DNA from: an uncultured Acidobacteriota bacterium
GTDB taxonomy: Bacteria; Acidobacteriota; Vicinamibacteria; Vicinamibacterales; SCN-69-37
Reading direction: 5' to 3'
Assembly (NCBI GenBank): GCA_963764505.1
Contig: CAVXSP010000001.1
Span: forward strand, 2,164,614-2,228,613
Length of the DNA stretch: 64,000 nucleotides
The notes beneath the pieces are model-generated. The model was not told where the DNA came from, ran no database searches, and was given only the letters and a program-made list of their open reading frames with translations. This document shows positions 1-11,836 of the stretch, piece after piece. Within the stretch, counting starts at the first letter, position 1, and every line of letters starts with the position of its first letter. The translations under genes were made by a program, and so were the position numbers.

Positions 1-2
1 AG

Positions 3-1706
3 ACGGCGCCGCGGAAGCTGTCCGGGCGCGGCCTCGCCTACTGGACCGACGGCCGGGAGGAGCGCATTCTCTATGTGACCCCCGGATACCGGCTCATCGC
101 GCTCGACGCCGGGACCGGCGCGCCGGTCGCGGGATTCGGGTCCCACGGCGTCGTCGATCTCAAGCTGGACGACGACCAGGAAATGGATGCGGAGACAGCC
201 GACATCGGCCTGCACGCGACGCCTGTCGTGGCGAACAACACGGTGATCGTCGGCGCCGCGCACGCCGTCAGCTTCGTGCCGAAGAGCAGGAAGAACGTCA
301 AGGGCTACGTTCGCGCGTTCGACGCGCGAACCGGCAAGCGGCTGTGGATCTTCCACACCATCCCCAAGCCGGGTGAGCCGGGTGCCGAAACCTGGGATGA
401 CCCGGCGTCTCTCGACGTCACGGGCAACACGGGCGTGTGGGCCCAGATCAGCGTCGACGAGAACCTGGGCATCGTCTATCTGCCGACGGAAGAGCCGACC
501 GGCGACTTCTACGGCGGAGATCGTCCCGGCAACAATCTCTACAGTCAGAGTCTTGTGGCGCTGGATCTGAAGACGGGCAAGCGGAAGTGGCACTACCAAC
601 TGGTGCACCACGACATCTGGGATTGGGATCTCCCGTGCGCGCCGATTCTGCTCGATCTCACGATGAACGGCCGGACGGTGAAGGCCGTCGCGCAGCCCAC
701 GAAGCAGTCGTGGGTGTTCCTGTTCGATCGCGTCACGGGTCAGCCGCTCTGGCCGATCGAGGAGCGGCCGGTGCCGCAGTCGGAGACGCCGCACGAGAAG
801 ACGAGTCCGACGCAGCCGTTCCCGACGAAGCCGCCGCCGTTCGACCGCCAGGGCGTGTCCACCGATGATCTGATCGACTTCACGCCGGAGCTGCGCGCCG
901 AAGCGTTGAAGCTCGTCGCGCGATACAAGCTCGGTCCGATCTACACGCCGGCGGTCGTCAGCCGGACGGACGGGCCGCTCGCCACGCTGATCCTGCCGTC
1001 GAACAACGGTGGAGCGAACTGGCCCGGCGGCTCCGTCGATCCCGAGACGGGCATCTTCTATATCTACTCGTTCACGCAGGTCTCGGCGCACGGTCTGATT
1101 GCGGACCCGTCGGTGTCGGACATGGAATACATCCACGGCATCGCCCGGCCAGCCGGTGCGGGACCTGGGCCGGCCCGCGGCAGCGGACGCGGGGGGCGGT
1201 CGGCACGGGGCGGCGGCGGCGACGAAGGCGGCGGCGGTGGGCAGTTGACGGTGCAGGGGCTGCCGCTGATCAAACCCCCATGGGGGCGGATCACGGCGAT
1301 CGATCTCGGCAAGGGCGAGATGGTCTGGCAGATTCCGCACGGCGAAACGCCAGACGCGGTGAAGAACCATCCGGCGCTCAAGGGGCTGACGTTTCCGCGG
1401 ACGGGCCGTCCGGCCGGCCGCATTGGCACGCTCGTGACGAAGACGCTGGTGATCGCGGGCGAGCCCGGGTTCTTCACGACGCCGACCGGGGAGCGCGGGG
1501 CGATGCTGCGCGCCTACGACAAGGCGACGGGTCATGAAGTCGGTGCCGTCTACATGCCGGCCCCGCAGACGGGATCACCGATGACCTACATGCTGAACGG
1601 CCAACAGTACATCGTCGTGGCCACGAGCGGCGGGGCCGTCACCGGCGAGCTCCTGGCGTTCAAGCTGCCGGCGGACGCGGCGGCGGCGGGGTATCCTGCG
1701 CCATGA
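3..1706 (+). CDS. PQQ-dependent (quinoprotein) dehydrogenase, 5-prime partial (runs off window start)
   Basis: Frame is open from nt 3 (RGLAYWTDGREERILYVTPGYRLIALDAGTG). HHDIWDWDLPCAPILLDL and repeated propeller segments are typical of glucose/quinate-type PQQ dehydrogenases. Stop overlaps the next start (ATGA at 1703-1706). Confidence 0.8.
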   Translation, partial: TAPRKLSGRGLAYWTDGREERILYVTPGYRLIALDAGTGAPVAGFGSHGVVDLKLDDDQEMDAETADIGLHATPVVANNTVIVGAAHAVSFVPKSRKNVKGYVRAFDARTGKRLWIFHTIPKPGEPGAETWDDPASLDVTGNTGVWAQISVDENLGIVYLPTEEPTGDFYGGDRPGNNLYSQSLVALDLKTGKRKWHYQLVHHDIWDWDLPCAPILLDLTMNGRTVKAVAQPTKQSWVFLFDRVTGQPLWPIEERPVPQSETPHEKTSPTQPFPTKPPPFDRQGVSTDDLIDFTPELRAEALKLVARYKLGPIYTPAVVSRTDGPLATLILPSNNGGANWPGGSVDPETGIFYIYSFTQVSAHGLIADPSVSDMEYIHGIARPAGAGPGPARGSGRGGRSARGGGGDEGGGGGQLTVQGLPLIKPPWGRITAIDLGKGEMVWQIPHGETPDAVKNHPALKGLTFPRTGRPAGRIGTLVTKTLVIAGEPGFFTTPTGERGAMLRAYDKATGHEVGAVYMPAPQTGSPMTYMLNGQQYIVVATSGGAVTGELLAFKLPADAAAAGYPAP

Positions 1707-2413
1707 CGACACGTGTGCTGCTGATGGTCGGGCTGACCGCGGCGTCGAGCGTCGCGCTGATGGGGCAGGGCGCGCCCGCGCCGATCTACAAGGTGCCCGC
1801 GGCGCGCGAGCCGCACCACGTGGTGAAGCTCGAGAACAGGTACGTCCGCGTGCTCGACGTCACGGTTCCGCCGTACGACAGCACGCTGTACCACATCCAC
1901 GAGAACCCGTACGTCTACGTCTCCATCGGACCGGCGACGCTGAAGGCGCAGGTGGAGGGCTCGAGCGAGATCGCCGATCTCGTGCTGAAGGACGGCGAAG
2001 TGCGGTACTCGCCCATCGTCACGCACCGCGTCGGCAACATCGGGGCTGCGCCCTTCAGAAACATCACCATTCAGATTCAGAACAGGGACGACACGGTGGC
2101 CGCGCCCGGGACGCCGATCGTGCCGGAAGCGCATGCCGCCGGGCCGAAGACGGAGGTCGCCTTCGAGAACGACCTGATTCGCGTGGACCGGCTCGCGATC
2201 GCGCCGGGGCGGGCGTCGTACCCCCACTCGCACCCCAAGTCGCACCTGCTGGTGGCGGTCCATTCCGCGAAGGTGAAGATCGAAGCGGCGGGCCCGCCGG
2301 TCACGCACGACATGGAACCGGGAGATTTCGAGTGGCATACGGGGGCGTACACGCACACGATCACCAACGTGGGCACGACGCCGTTCGATGCCATCGAGGT
2401 GATCTGGAAATAG
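1703..2413 (+). CDS. Exported hypothetical protein, possibly cupin-like
   Basis: 236 aa ORF with an N-terminal signal-like segment (LLMVGLTAASSVALMGQGAPA). Two His-rich beta-strand motifs (YHIHENPYVYV, YPHSHPKSHLL). Translationally coupled to the PQQ dehydrogenase. Confidence 0.5.
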   Translation: MTTRVLLMVGLTAASSVALMGQGAPAPIYKVPAAREPHHVVKLENRYVRVLDVTVPPYDSTLYHIHENPYVYVSIGPATLKAQVEGSSEIADLVLKDGEVRYSPIVTHRVGNIGAAPFRNITIQIQNRDDTVAAPGTPIVPEAHAAGPKTEVAFENDLIRVDRLAIAPGRASYPHSHPKSHLLVAVHSAKVKIEAAGPPVTHDMEPGDFEWHTGAYTHTITNVGTTPFDAIEVIWK

Positions 2414-2416
2414 TCG

Positions 2417-2884
2417 ATGAGATCGCCAGCCGTCGGCTCGGTAGCTCTGGCGCTCATGGCCTCGGTCTGGGCGGTCGCCGCGCAGGCGCGCGTTGGACCG
2501 GCGGCCCGGGTTCGGACGGTCTGGGACGGCGTGTACACGGAGGAGCAGGCGAAGCGGGGCGAAGCGATCTATGCTGCGCGCTGCGAGCGCTGCCACGGCG
2601 CGGCGCTGCTCGGGGAGGGGGAAGCGACCGCGCTCACCGGGCCGGGATTCGCGGCGAACTGGGAGGGCGTCTCGATGGGCGAGCTGGCGGATCGGACGCG
2701 CAATACGATGCCGAACGACCAGCCCGGGACGCTGTCGCGGCAGCAGGTCGCCGATGTGCTCGCGTTCGTGCTGCGGTTCGACAAGTTCCCGGCCGGCGAC
2801 GCGGAGCTGCCGGTGCAGGCCGAAGCGCTGAATCAGATCAGGTTCGTCGCAACGAAGCCGTCGGCGAGCGCCGGCGAGGAGTGA
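2417..2884 (+). CDS. c-type cytochrome (mono-haem), likely electron acceptor of the PQQ dehydrogenase
   Basis: Signal peptide plus CERCHG (CxxCH haem-binding motif). 155 aa, 3 nt downstream of the previous stop. Confidence 0.75.
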   Translation: MRSPAVGSVALALMASVWAVAAQARVGPAARVRTVWDGVYTEEQAKRGEAIYAARCERCHGAALLGEGEATALTGPGFAANWEGVSMGELADRTRNTMPNDQPGTLSRQQVADVLAFVLRFDKFPAGDAELPVQAEALNQIRFVATKPSASAGEE

Positions 2885-2888
2885 GGCC

Positions 2889-4154
2889 ATGAGACATCCA
2901 GTCAGCCGTCGCACGTTTCTGACCCGGTCGGCCGCGGTCGGGGCCTTCGGGTTCGTCGCCCGCGGCGTGCCGGTGGGCGCCGCCTCGCCGTCGAGCGCGA
3001 CGCTGGCCGACGAAGACAGCCTGGTCGCGCCACAGTTCCGCGGGTTCCTGAAGAAGCCGATTCAGGAGCTGCCGACGCCCGCGATGCTCGTCGACCTCGA
3101 CGTGCTCGAGAAGAACATCGACACGCTCGCGGCGTACCTGAAGGGCCGGCCCGTCGCGTTCCGCGCGCACGCGAAGACCCACAAGTGTCTGGAGGTGGCC
3201 AAACTCCAGCTCGCGGCCGGCGGCCGCGGCCTGTGCGCGGCGAAGCTGGGGGAGGCCGACTACCTCATTCGCGGCGGCGTCAAGGACGTGCTCATCACCG
3301 CGCCGGTCGTCGGGCCGCTCAAGATCGGGCGGCTGCTGGACCTGCAGGCGATCGCACCAGACGTGAAGGTGGTCGTCGACAACGGCCAGAACGCGATGGA
3401 CCTGTCGGCGGCCGCGCTCGCGGCCAGGCGCACGTTGAAGGTCCTGATCGACGTCAACGTGGGCCAGAACCGGACCGGCCTCGGTACGCCGGATGACGTC
3501 GTCGCGCTCGCGCAGTTGATCGGCAGGCAGAAGGGGCTGGAGCTGGTCGGTCTGCAGGGCTATCACGGCAACGCGCAGCACACGGTCGGCTTCGAGAACC
3601 GGCGCGACCGCGAGCTGCAGGCCAACGAGCGCGCCGTGGCTGCGCGGCAGGCGCTCGAGAAGGCCGGCTTCACGGTCCGGATCGTCAGCGTCGGCGGCAC
3701 GGGCAGCTACAACGTGGACGCGGACTATCCGGGCGTGACCGAAATCCAGCCCGGCTCGTACGTCTACATGGACACGCACTACAGCAGGATTGGCGGGAAG
3801 GATTCGCAGGGCGACGCCTACTCCGATTTCGGCAACTCGATGTCGGTCCTCACGACCGTCATCAGCCGGCCGAACCGCGGCACCGCGGTCGTCGACGCGG
3901 GCATCACGGCGTTGACCATGGACGAGCGGGTGCCGGAGGCGCTGGGCGTGACAGGCGTGGTGTACAGCTCGGCCGAGGAGTACGGGCTGCTCGCGCTCCA
4001 GAATCCGAGCCGCGATTTGAAGGTCGGCGACACGCTCCAGATGACGCCGGGACACTGCTGCACCACGGTGAATCTCTACGACGCGTGCTTCGCCACGCGC
4101 AACGGCGCGGTCGAGCACGTGTGGTCCATCGAAGGCCGGGGACGGGCGGACTAG
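2889..4154 (+). CDS. Tat-signal PLP fold-type III enzyme (D-threonine aldolase / D-serine dehydratase-like, alanine-racemase N-domain family)
   Basis: Twin-arginine leader MRHPVSRRTFLTRSAAVGAFG. AHAKTHK (PLP-Lys context), VGGTGSYN, TEIQPGSYV, TPGHCCTTVNLYD motifs of the DSD1/D-TA family. Confidence 0.7.
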   Translation: MRHPVSRRTFLTRSAAVGAFGFVARGVPVGAASPSSATLADEDSLVAPQFRGFLKKPIQELPTPAMLVDLDVLEKNIDTLAAYLKGRPVAFRAHAKTHKCLEVAKLQLAAGGRGLCAAKLGEADYLIRGGVKDVLITAPVVGPLKIGRLLDLQAIAPDVKVVVDNGQNAMDLSAAALAARRTLKVLIDVNVGQNRTGLGTPDDVVALAQLIGRQKGLELVGLQGYHGNAQHTVGFENRRDRELQANERAVAARQALEKAGFTVRIVSVGGTGSYNVDADYPGVTEIQPGSYVYMDTHYSRIGGKDSQGDAYSDFGNSMSVLTTVISRPNRGTAVVDAGITALTMDERVPEALGVTGVVYSSAEEYGLLALQNPSRDLKVGDTLQMTPGHCCTTVNLYDACFATRNGAVEHVWSIEGRGRAD

Positions 4155-4168
4155 TGACGGAGGAGACG

Positions 4169-5509
4169 ATGGCGAGCAGTATCAGCCGGCGTGGGTTTCT
4201 CGCGCGGTCGGCGGCGGTCGGCGCTTTGAGTGCGGCCTCCAGCCGTACGGGGCGGGCCGCCTCGCGCGCACAGTCGGGAGAGGACGCGCTCGTGGCGCCC
4301 CAGTATCGCGGCTTCCTGAAGAAGCACATCGAGGACCTGCCGACGCCGGCCCTGCTGATCGACCTCGACATCCTCGAGCGGAACCTGCAGGCGCTGGCGA
4401 CGTTCATGAAGGGCAAGCCGGCGGCGTTCCGGTCGCATGGCAAGGCGCACAAGTCCTCGACCATCGGCAAGCTCCAGATCGCCTCGGGCGCGAAGGGCAT
4501 CTGTGCGGCCAAGCTCGGCGAGGCCGACGTGTTCGTCCACGGCGGCATCAAGGACGTGCTGGTCACGGCCGAGGTCGTCGGCGCCGTGAAGATCAAGCGG
4601 CTGATGGAGCTGCTGGCCCTCTCGCCGGACCTGAAGGTCGTCGTCGACAACGAGCAGAACGCCGCCGACTTGTCGACCGCCGCGCTCGCCGCAAAGAAGA
4701 AGCTGAAGGTCCTGATCGACGTCAACGTGGGCCAGAACCGCACCGGCGTCGAGCCGGCAGACGCCGAGAAGCTCGCACAGGTCATCGCCAGACAGAAAGG
4801 GCTCGAGCTGCTGGGCCTGCAGGGCTACGGCGGGAACAACCAGCACGTCGTCGGGTTCGAGAATCGGAAGGCGCGGGAGCTCGACTCCAACGCCAAGATT
4901 GCCGCCGCGCGCCAGGCGCTCGAGAAGGCGGGCTTCGCCGTGCAGATCGTCAGCGTCGGCGGAACAGGGAGCTACAACATCGACGCGGACTACCCGGGCG
5001 TCACCGAGATTCAGCCAGGCTCGTACGTCTTCATGGATTCGCACTACAACAAGATTGGCAGCCAGGGCCGCGACGACAACGCGTTCACCGATTTCGGCAA
5101 CTCCCTGTCCGTGCTGACGACGGTGATCAGCCGGGCGGTCGGCGTGACGGCGCGGGCTGGCGGCGCGGGAAGGGCCGGCCGCGGCGGCCGCGCCAGCGTG
5201 CCGGCCGATCCCCGCCCCGTGATCGGCCGCGCGGTCGTCGATGCTGGGATCAAGTCGCTGTCGAACGACGAGTCGGTCCCCGAGCCGCTGAACATGCCGG
5301 GCACGACCTACGGCGGATCCGGCGACGAGTACGGCGCCCTGAGCTTCCGGGACTCCGCTCTGGCCGACAAGATCAAGGTGGGCGACAAGGTGCAGGTCAC
5401 GCCGGGGCACTGCGATACGACGGTGAACCTGTACAACGTCTTCTTCGCCGTCCGGAAGGGCGTCGTCGAGCAGGTGTGGCCGATCGAGGGCCGGGGGCGC
5501 ACGGACTGA
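4169..5509 (+). CDS. Tat-signal PLP fold-type III enzyme, tandem paralogue with a Gly/Arg-rich insertion
   Basis: ATG at 4169 preceded by GGAGGAG. Leader MASSISRRGFLARSAAVGAL. Colinear with 2889-4154 (SHGKAHK, VGGTGSYN, TPGHCDTTVNLYN). Carries ~27 extra residues (AVGVTARAGGAGRAGRGGRASVPADPRPVIGR) where the paralogue has PNRGT. Confidence 0.7.
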   Translation: MASSISRRGFLARSAAVGALSAASSRTGRAASRAQSGEDALVAPQYRGFLKKHIEDLPTPALLIDLDILERNLQALATFMKGKPAAFRSHGKAHKSSTIGKLQIASGAKGICAAKLGEADVFVHGGIKDVLVTAEVVGAVKIKRLMELLALSPDLKVVVDNEQNAADLSTAALAAKKKLKVLIDVNVGQNRTGVEPADAEKLAQVIARQKGLELLGLQGYGGNNQHVVGFENRKARELDSNAKIAAARQALEKAGFAVQIVSVGGTGSYNIDADYPGVTEIQPGSYVFMDSHYNKIGSQGRDDNAFTDFGNSLSVLTTVISRAVGVTARAGGAGRAGRGGRASVPADPRPVIGRAVVDAGIKSLSNDESVPEPLNMPGTTYGGSGDEYGALSFRDSALADKIKVGDKVQVTPGHCDTTVNLYNVFFAVRKGVVEQVWPIEGRGRTD

Positions 5510-5531
5510 AGGACCTTACAGGAGGACCGGA

Positions 5532-5999
5532 ATGACGAGAGCTCGACGGATTGGCGCGGCGGCAATGGGTGCGGTCGCGCTCGTGATTGGCGTGTCGGTG
5601 GCGGCGCGGACGGCCCCGCAGGCGGGTGGCGCCACGGAGCAGTCGCTGCTGCAGGCCGAGAAGGCCCGCTTCACTGCCATGCAGAGCGCAGACACGGCCG
5701 CGCTCGAAAAGCTGCTGGGGCAGGAGCTCAGCTACACGCACACCAGCGCCGCCGTCCAGACGAAGGCGCAGTTCATCAGCGATATCAAGACCGGCACGAT
5801 CAAGTACCTGAGCATCGACTCGACGGAGATGAAGCCGCACGTCTACGGCAACGTGGGCGTGATCACCGGCGGCGCCGCGGTGCACATCATCCTGAGGGGC
5901 AAGGACCAGTCGTTCCGCATCAGGTATACGGACGTGCACGTCAACCGGAGCGGCGGATGGCAGATGGTCGCCTGGGAGGCGACGAGACTGCCGGACTAG
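5532..5999 (+). CDS. Exported NTF2-fold protein (DUF4440/SnoaL-like)
   Basis: 155 aa with signal peptide. Pattern AALEKLLGQELSYTHTSA...WQMVAWEATRL is typical of DUF4440. Confidence 0.6.
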   Translation: MTRARRIGAAAMGAVALVIGVSVAARTAPQAGGATEQSLLQAEKARFTAMQSADTAALEKLLGQELSYTHTSAAVQTKAQFISDIKTGTIKYLSIDSTEMKPHVYGNVGVITGGAAVHIILRGKDQSFRIRYTDVHVNRSGGWQMVAWEATRLPD

Positions 6000-6001
6000 G
6001 C

Positions 6002-7189
6002 GTGGCGCACTCACGCCGCGAGCTGCTTCGCGCCGCGGCCGCGATGGCGGGCGCCGCGCTGCTCGATCCCGGCGCGGTCCTGGCCGGTGCGATCGGACAG
6101 ACGAGCGAGACCTGCGCCGAAGACGGCCTGGGGGAGCTCCTCGCGGTCCTGCCGGTGTCCCGGCGCGGTCTCGTCACGCCGCCGTTCGGCGTCAAGATCG
6201 GAGGCGCCGGCCTCGACGCGCGTCTCGTCACGGATCTCTCCCGGCTCGAGCCCGATCGGCTGGTGACGCCGACCGAACGCGTCTACGTCCGCACGGAGTG
6301 CCCGGCCGCCGTCTCGGCGCAGGCGGGGCCCTGGCAGATCCGGACGTCGGGGCTGATGGCGCGCGCCGGCGCTCTGTCGTTCGAGGATCTCGCACGGCGC
6401 GCGCGGCCGATGGGGGCGCATCTCGTCGAGTGCTCCGGCAACAGCGACCCGACGAACTTCGGCCTCATGAGCGTGGCGGAGTGGACGGGCGTGCCGCTCG
6501 TCGACGTCGTGGCGCAGCTCCAGCCGTCCGCCGGCGCGACGGCCGTGCTCGTGAGCGGGGTGGACCCGGATGGGCCCTCGACGACGTCGGTCGCCGGCGC
6601 GAGCTGGATCTTCCCGCTCGAGGCGCTGGATCGGACGGGCGCGTTTCTCGCGGTCGAAATGAACGGCGGCCCGCTGGCGCCCGACCACGGCCGTCCCGTG
6701 CGGCTGGCCGTCCCGGGCTGGTACGGCTGCGCCTGGATCAAGTGGGTGAACGAGATTCGCCTCGTCGGCGCGTTGGAACCGGCGACCGCCCAGATGAAGG
6801 AGTTCGCCGGTCGGACGCATCAGACGGGCGTCCACGAGCTGGCCAGTGAATACGCGCCCGCGACGATCGAGACCGCGGCCACGCCGGTTCGCGTCGAGAA
6901 GCGGCGCTCGGCGTCCGGATTCGAGTATCGCGTGGTCGGCATCGTGTGGGGCGGCGTGCGTCCAGTGAGCCGGCTCGCGATCCGGTTCGGCGGCGACGCG
7001 TCCTGGAGGCCCTTCGACCTCTGCCCGGCGCCTCGCACTACCGCCGTCTGGTCGCTCTGGGCCTATCGATGGAAGCCGGCGCAGCCCGGCGTCTACGACA
7101 TCGCGCTGCGCGTGCCCGATCCGTCGGTGCCGCAGCGCCGGCTCGACATGGGCTACTACGTTCGACAGGTTCGAATCGACGACGTGTGA
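6002..7189 (+). CDS. Molybdopterin-dependent oxidoreductase (sulfite-oxidase/YedY-like), Tat signal
   Basis: GTG at 6002 lies just after the upstream stop; the ORF track start 5957 would overlap it. SRRELLRAAAAMAGAALL Tat leader. LVECSGN, EWTGVPL, GRPVRLAVPGWYGCAWIKWVNEIRL motifs. Confidence 0.7.
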   Translation: MAHSRRELLRAAAAMAGAALLDPGAVLAGAIGQTSETCAEDGLGELLAVLPVSRRGLVTPPFGVKIGGAGLDARLVTDLSRLEPDRLVTPTERVYVRTECPAAVSAQAGPWQIRTSGLMARAGALSFEDLARRARPMGAHLVECSGNSDPTNFGLMSVAEWTGVPLVDVVAQLQPSAGATAVLVSGVDPDGPSTTSVAGASWIFPLEALDRTGAFLAVEMNGGPLAPDHGRPVRLAVPGWYGCAWIKWVNEIRLVGALEPATAQMKEFAGRTHQTGVHELASEYAPATIETAATPVRVEKRRSASGFEYRVVGIVWGGVRPVSRLAIRFGGDASWRPFDLCPAPRTTAVWSLWAYRWKPAQPGVYDIALRVPDPSVPQRRLDMGYYVRQVRIDDV

Positions 7190-7221
7190 AGCCGGAAGCC
7201 AGAGTTGGGTTTCCCGGAGCG

Positions 7222-8436
7222 ATGGAGGCATGCATGCGACCGATGATCACGGGCTCGACCTGGCGGACCATTCGGTGGGGCCTGGCCGCAGGACTGACGC
7301 TGATCGCCGCCAGCAGTCGGCCGATCGGCGCGCAGGCGCCGGCCGATGACGCGACCGTGGCGCTGCTGCGGGAGCTGACCGACGCCAACGCCGCGCCGGG
7401 GTTCGAGGGGCCCGTGCGCGACATCCTGAAGCGCGAGTGGCAGGGGATCGTGAAGGATCTCCACACCGACGGCATCGGCAATCTGCTCGGCTCCCTGCCG
7501 GGCGCCGGACCGCGGGTCCTCGTCATGGCCCACATGGACGAGGTCGGGTTCATGGTGCGCTACATCGACCCGAACGGCTTCGTCTTCTTTCATCCGATCG
7601 GCACCAACATCGACCAGGCCGTCCTGACGCAGCGATTCACGATCATGACGCCGAAGGGGCCGGTGGTCGGCTACACGGGGGTGAAGTCGCCGCATATCAT
7701 TCCTGCCGGGGAGCGGGAGTCGATGGTGCAGGTCGCCGACATGTTCCTGGACCTCGGCGTGAAGAGCCGCGAGGAGGCCGAGAAGCTCGGCGTCCGGCCC
7801 GGCCTGCCCATGACCTACCGGACGCGCTTCGAGAAGCTGAACGACGGCACCAACCGGTACCTTGCGAAGGCGTTCGACGACCGGGTCGGCTGCGCGATCA
7901 TGACCCAGGCGCTGCAGCACTTCCGTGAAGCTCCGCATCCGAATCTCCTGCAGGTGGCCGCGACCGTCCAGGAGGAGCTCGGATCGCGGGGCGCGCAGGT
8001 CATCTACGAGCAGACGAAGCCGGACATCGTGATCAACCTGGAGATCGGCGTCGCCGGCGATTTTCCGCTGCGCGTGTCGCCAAAGCTGTCGCAGGAGGGC
8101 CTCGGCCGTGGCGCGACGGTGTTCATCTTCCAGGGCGACATGATTCCGAACGACCACCTCGTCGAGTGGGTCACGCGGCTGGCGAAGAGCGAGAACATTC
8201 CCATCCAGTACAGCGCGGTGAGCACGTACGGCCAGGACGGCTCTGCCCTGCAGCGGTCCGGGTCCAGCATGCCCGTCATCAACATCGGCGTGCCGACCCG
8301 CTACGCCCACAGCGAGTCGGGCGTCATCGACCGCGCGGACTACGACGCCGCGTTCAGGCTGGTGTCGAAGATGATCGAGAAGCTGTCGAGCGCCGAGGTG
8401 AAGGGGATCGCCGAGTTCTCGAGCCCCGCGCAGTAG
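7222..8436 (+). CDS. M42 family metallopeptidase (glutamyl aminopeptidase/FrvX-like) with N-terminal signal
   Basis: VLVMAHMDEVGFMVRYIDPNGF, AFDDRVGCA, VQEELGSRGA motifs. ATG at 7222 followed by a hydrophobic leader. Confidence 0.75.
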   Translation: MEACMRPMITGSTWRTIRWGLAAGLTLIAASSRPIGAQAPADDATVALLRELTDANAAPGFEGPVRDILKREWQGIVKDLHTDGIGNLLGSLPGAGPRVLVMAHMDEVGFMVRYIDPNGFVFFHPIGTNIDQAVLTQRFTIMTPKGPVVGYTGVKSPHIIPAGERESMVQVADMFLDLGVKSREEAEKLGVRPGLPMTYRTRFEKLNDGTNRYLAKAFDDRVGCAIMTQALQHFREAPHPNLLQVAATVQEELGSRGAQVIYEQTKPDIVINLEIGVAGDFPLRVSPKLSQEGLGRGATVFIFQGDMIPNDHLVEWVTRLAKSENIPIQYSAVSTYGQDGSALQRSGSSMPVINIGVPTRYAHSESGVIDRADYDAAFRLVSKMIEKLSSAEVKGIAEFSSPAQ

Positions 8437-8437
8437 A

Positions 8438-9589
8438 TCAGCGCGACGGGCCGTACGTCCGGCTGAAGCCGTTGCGGCTGTTGCTCACGCTGAAGCTGCC
8501 GTCCGGCCACGCGGAGACTTTGATCCAGTAGGCGGGGGTGTGCGGCGGCGCCGCGTTGCCGCGGCCGCGTCCGCGCCCCCGCGCCGGTGCCGGGGCGTCG
8601 GCCGCAGGGGGCGGCGGTGCGATCACGGCCGCAATCGCCGCCGGCTCGTCGATGTTCGCGATGAGCGCGCCGGGGCTGTTCTGCTCGATCCCCGCCTTGT
8701 AGGCCCAGTGAAGCTGCCAGAGGTCCTCGAATCCGGTCAGCGCGCGCATCGCCTGGAACGAGGCCAGGTCGCCGCCCTTGCGCGTGCCGTTCTGCATGAT
8801 CGCCACCCGCGGCCGGATCGCCCGCAGGAACGGCGGCGCGCTGCAGACTTCGGCGCCGTGTCCCGTGACCATGTAGAGATCGACCGTGCCGACGAGATTG
8901 TTGGGGCAGGTCAGAGCCATCGCGTGATCCCAGAGCAGGTCCCCCAGATCGATCGCGCGGAACTTCCCGAGCGTGACGACGCTGCCCACGGACTGGTCAT
9001 CGTCGGGCGTGCTCCAGGTGGAGGCCTGGATCGTCGGCGTGAAGCCGGCGCAGGCGGCATTCGGCGCGGAGCGCACGCCCGGCAGCGGCCGCGTCAATCC
9101 CCGGCCTGCCGCCGTGACAATGCGCCAGTCGAGCCCGGCGACCGGCACGACGTCCCCGGCCTTCACGACCGTGTGTTTCGCCTTGGCGACCAGGCCGGCG
9201 TACATCTCCTGGAAGCCGGCGACCTGCTCGCGCGTCTCGACCGACGGACCGTGATCGATGAAGTGGCCGATCGGGACCCGCTCCGCCAGCGCCTGCAGGC
9301 CTCCGACGTGATCGACGTGGTAGTGCGTCGAGATGGCGTAGTCGATCTGCGTCACGTGGGCATCGGCCAGTGCGAGCATCAGCCGATCCGTGTCGCGCCC
9401 GCCAGGGTTGCCGCTGTCGACCAGGACGGATTGGCCGCTCGGGGAGACGTACAACGCCGCCTTGCCGCCCTCCGCGTCGATGACGTAGATCTCCAGCGGC
9501 TTCGACGCGGCGGTCTGGCCGCCGAGCCAGACGGCGCTCGCGAAGATGGCGCAGGCGCAGGCGAGCGCCTGGACGGCGCGGCGGGGCAT
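8438..9589 (-). CDS. Exported MBL-fold metallo-hydrolase
   Basis: Start MPRRAVQALACACAIFASAV (ATG at 9587-9589). THYHVDHVGG (HxHxDH). The upstream part of ORF 8438..10297 is Arg-rich read-through. C-terminal ARGRGRGRG tract. Confidence 0.7.
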   Translation of the reverse strand: MPRRAVQALACACAIFASAVWLGGQTAASKPLEIYVIDAEGGKAALYVSPSGQSVLVDSGNPGGRDTDRLMLALADAHVTQIDYAISTHYHVDHVGGLQALAERVPIGHFIDHGPSVETREQVAGFQEMYAGLVAKAKHTVVKAGDVVPVAGLDWRIVTAAGRGLTRPLPGVRSAPNAACAGFTPTIQASTWSTPDDDQSVGSVVTLGKFRAIDLGDLLWDHAMALTCPNNLVGTVDLYMVTGHGAEVCSAPPFLRAIRPRVAIMQNGTRKGGDLASFQAMRALTGFEDLWQLHWAYKAGIEQNSPGALIANIDEPAAIAAVIAPPPPAADAPAPARGRGRGRGNAAPPHTPAYWIKVSAWPDGSFSVSNSRNGFSRTYGPSR

Positions 9590-9606
9590 TCGGGTCTCCA
9601 GGAGAT

Positions 9607-11708
<2,102 letters not shown>

Positions 11709-11836
11709 GACGGAATCACCTCTTTGTGCAGAGCGGCCGGGGCGCTAGCATCCTTCAAACGGGGGCACGGGTCAAGGCCGCGCGCGCCGAGGCGGCGCCG
11801 CCGATACCCCCGTGGGGTTTTCACAGGGCTACGGAC

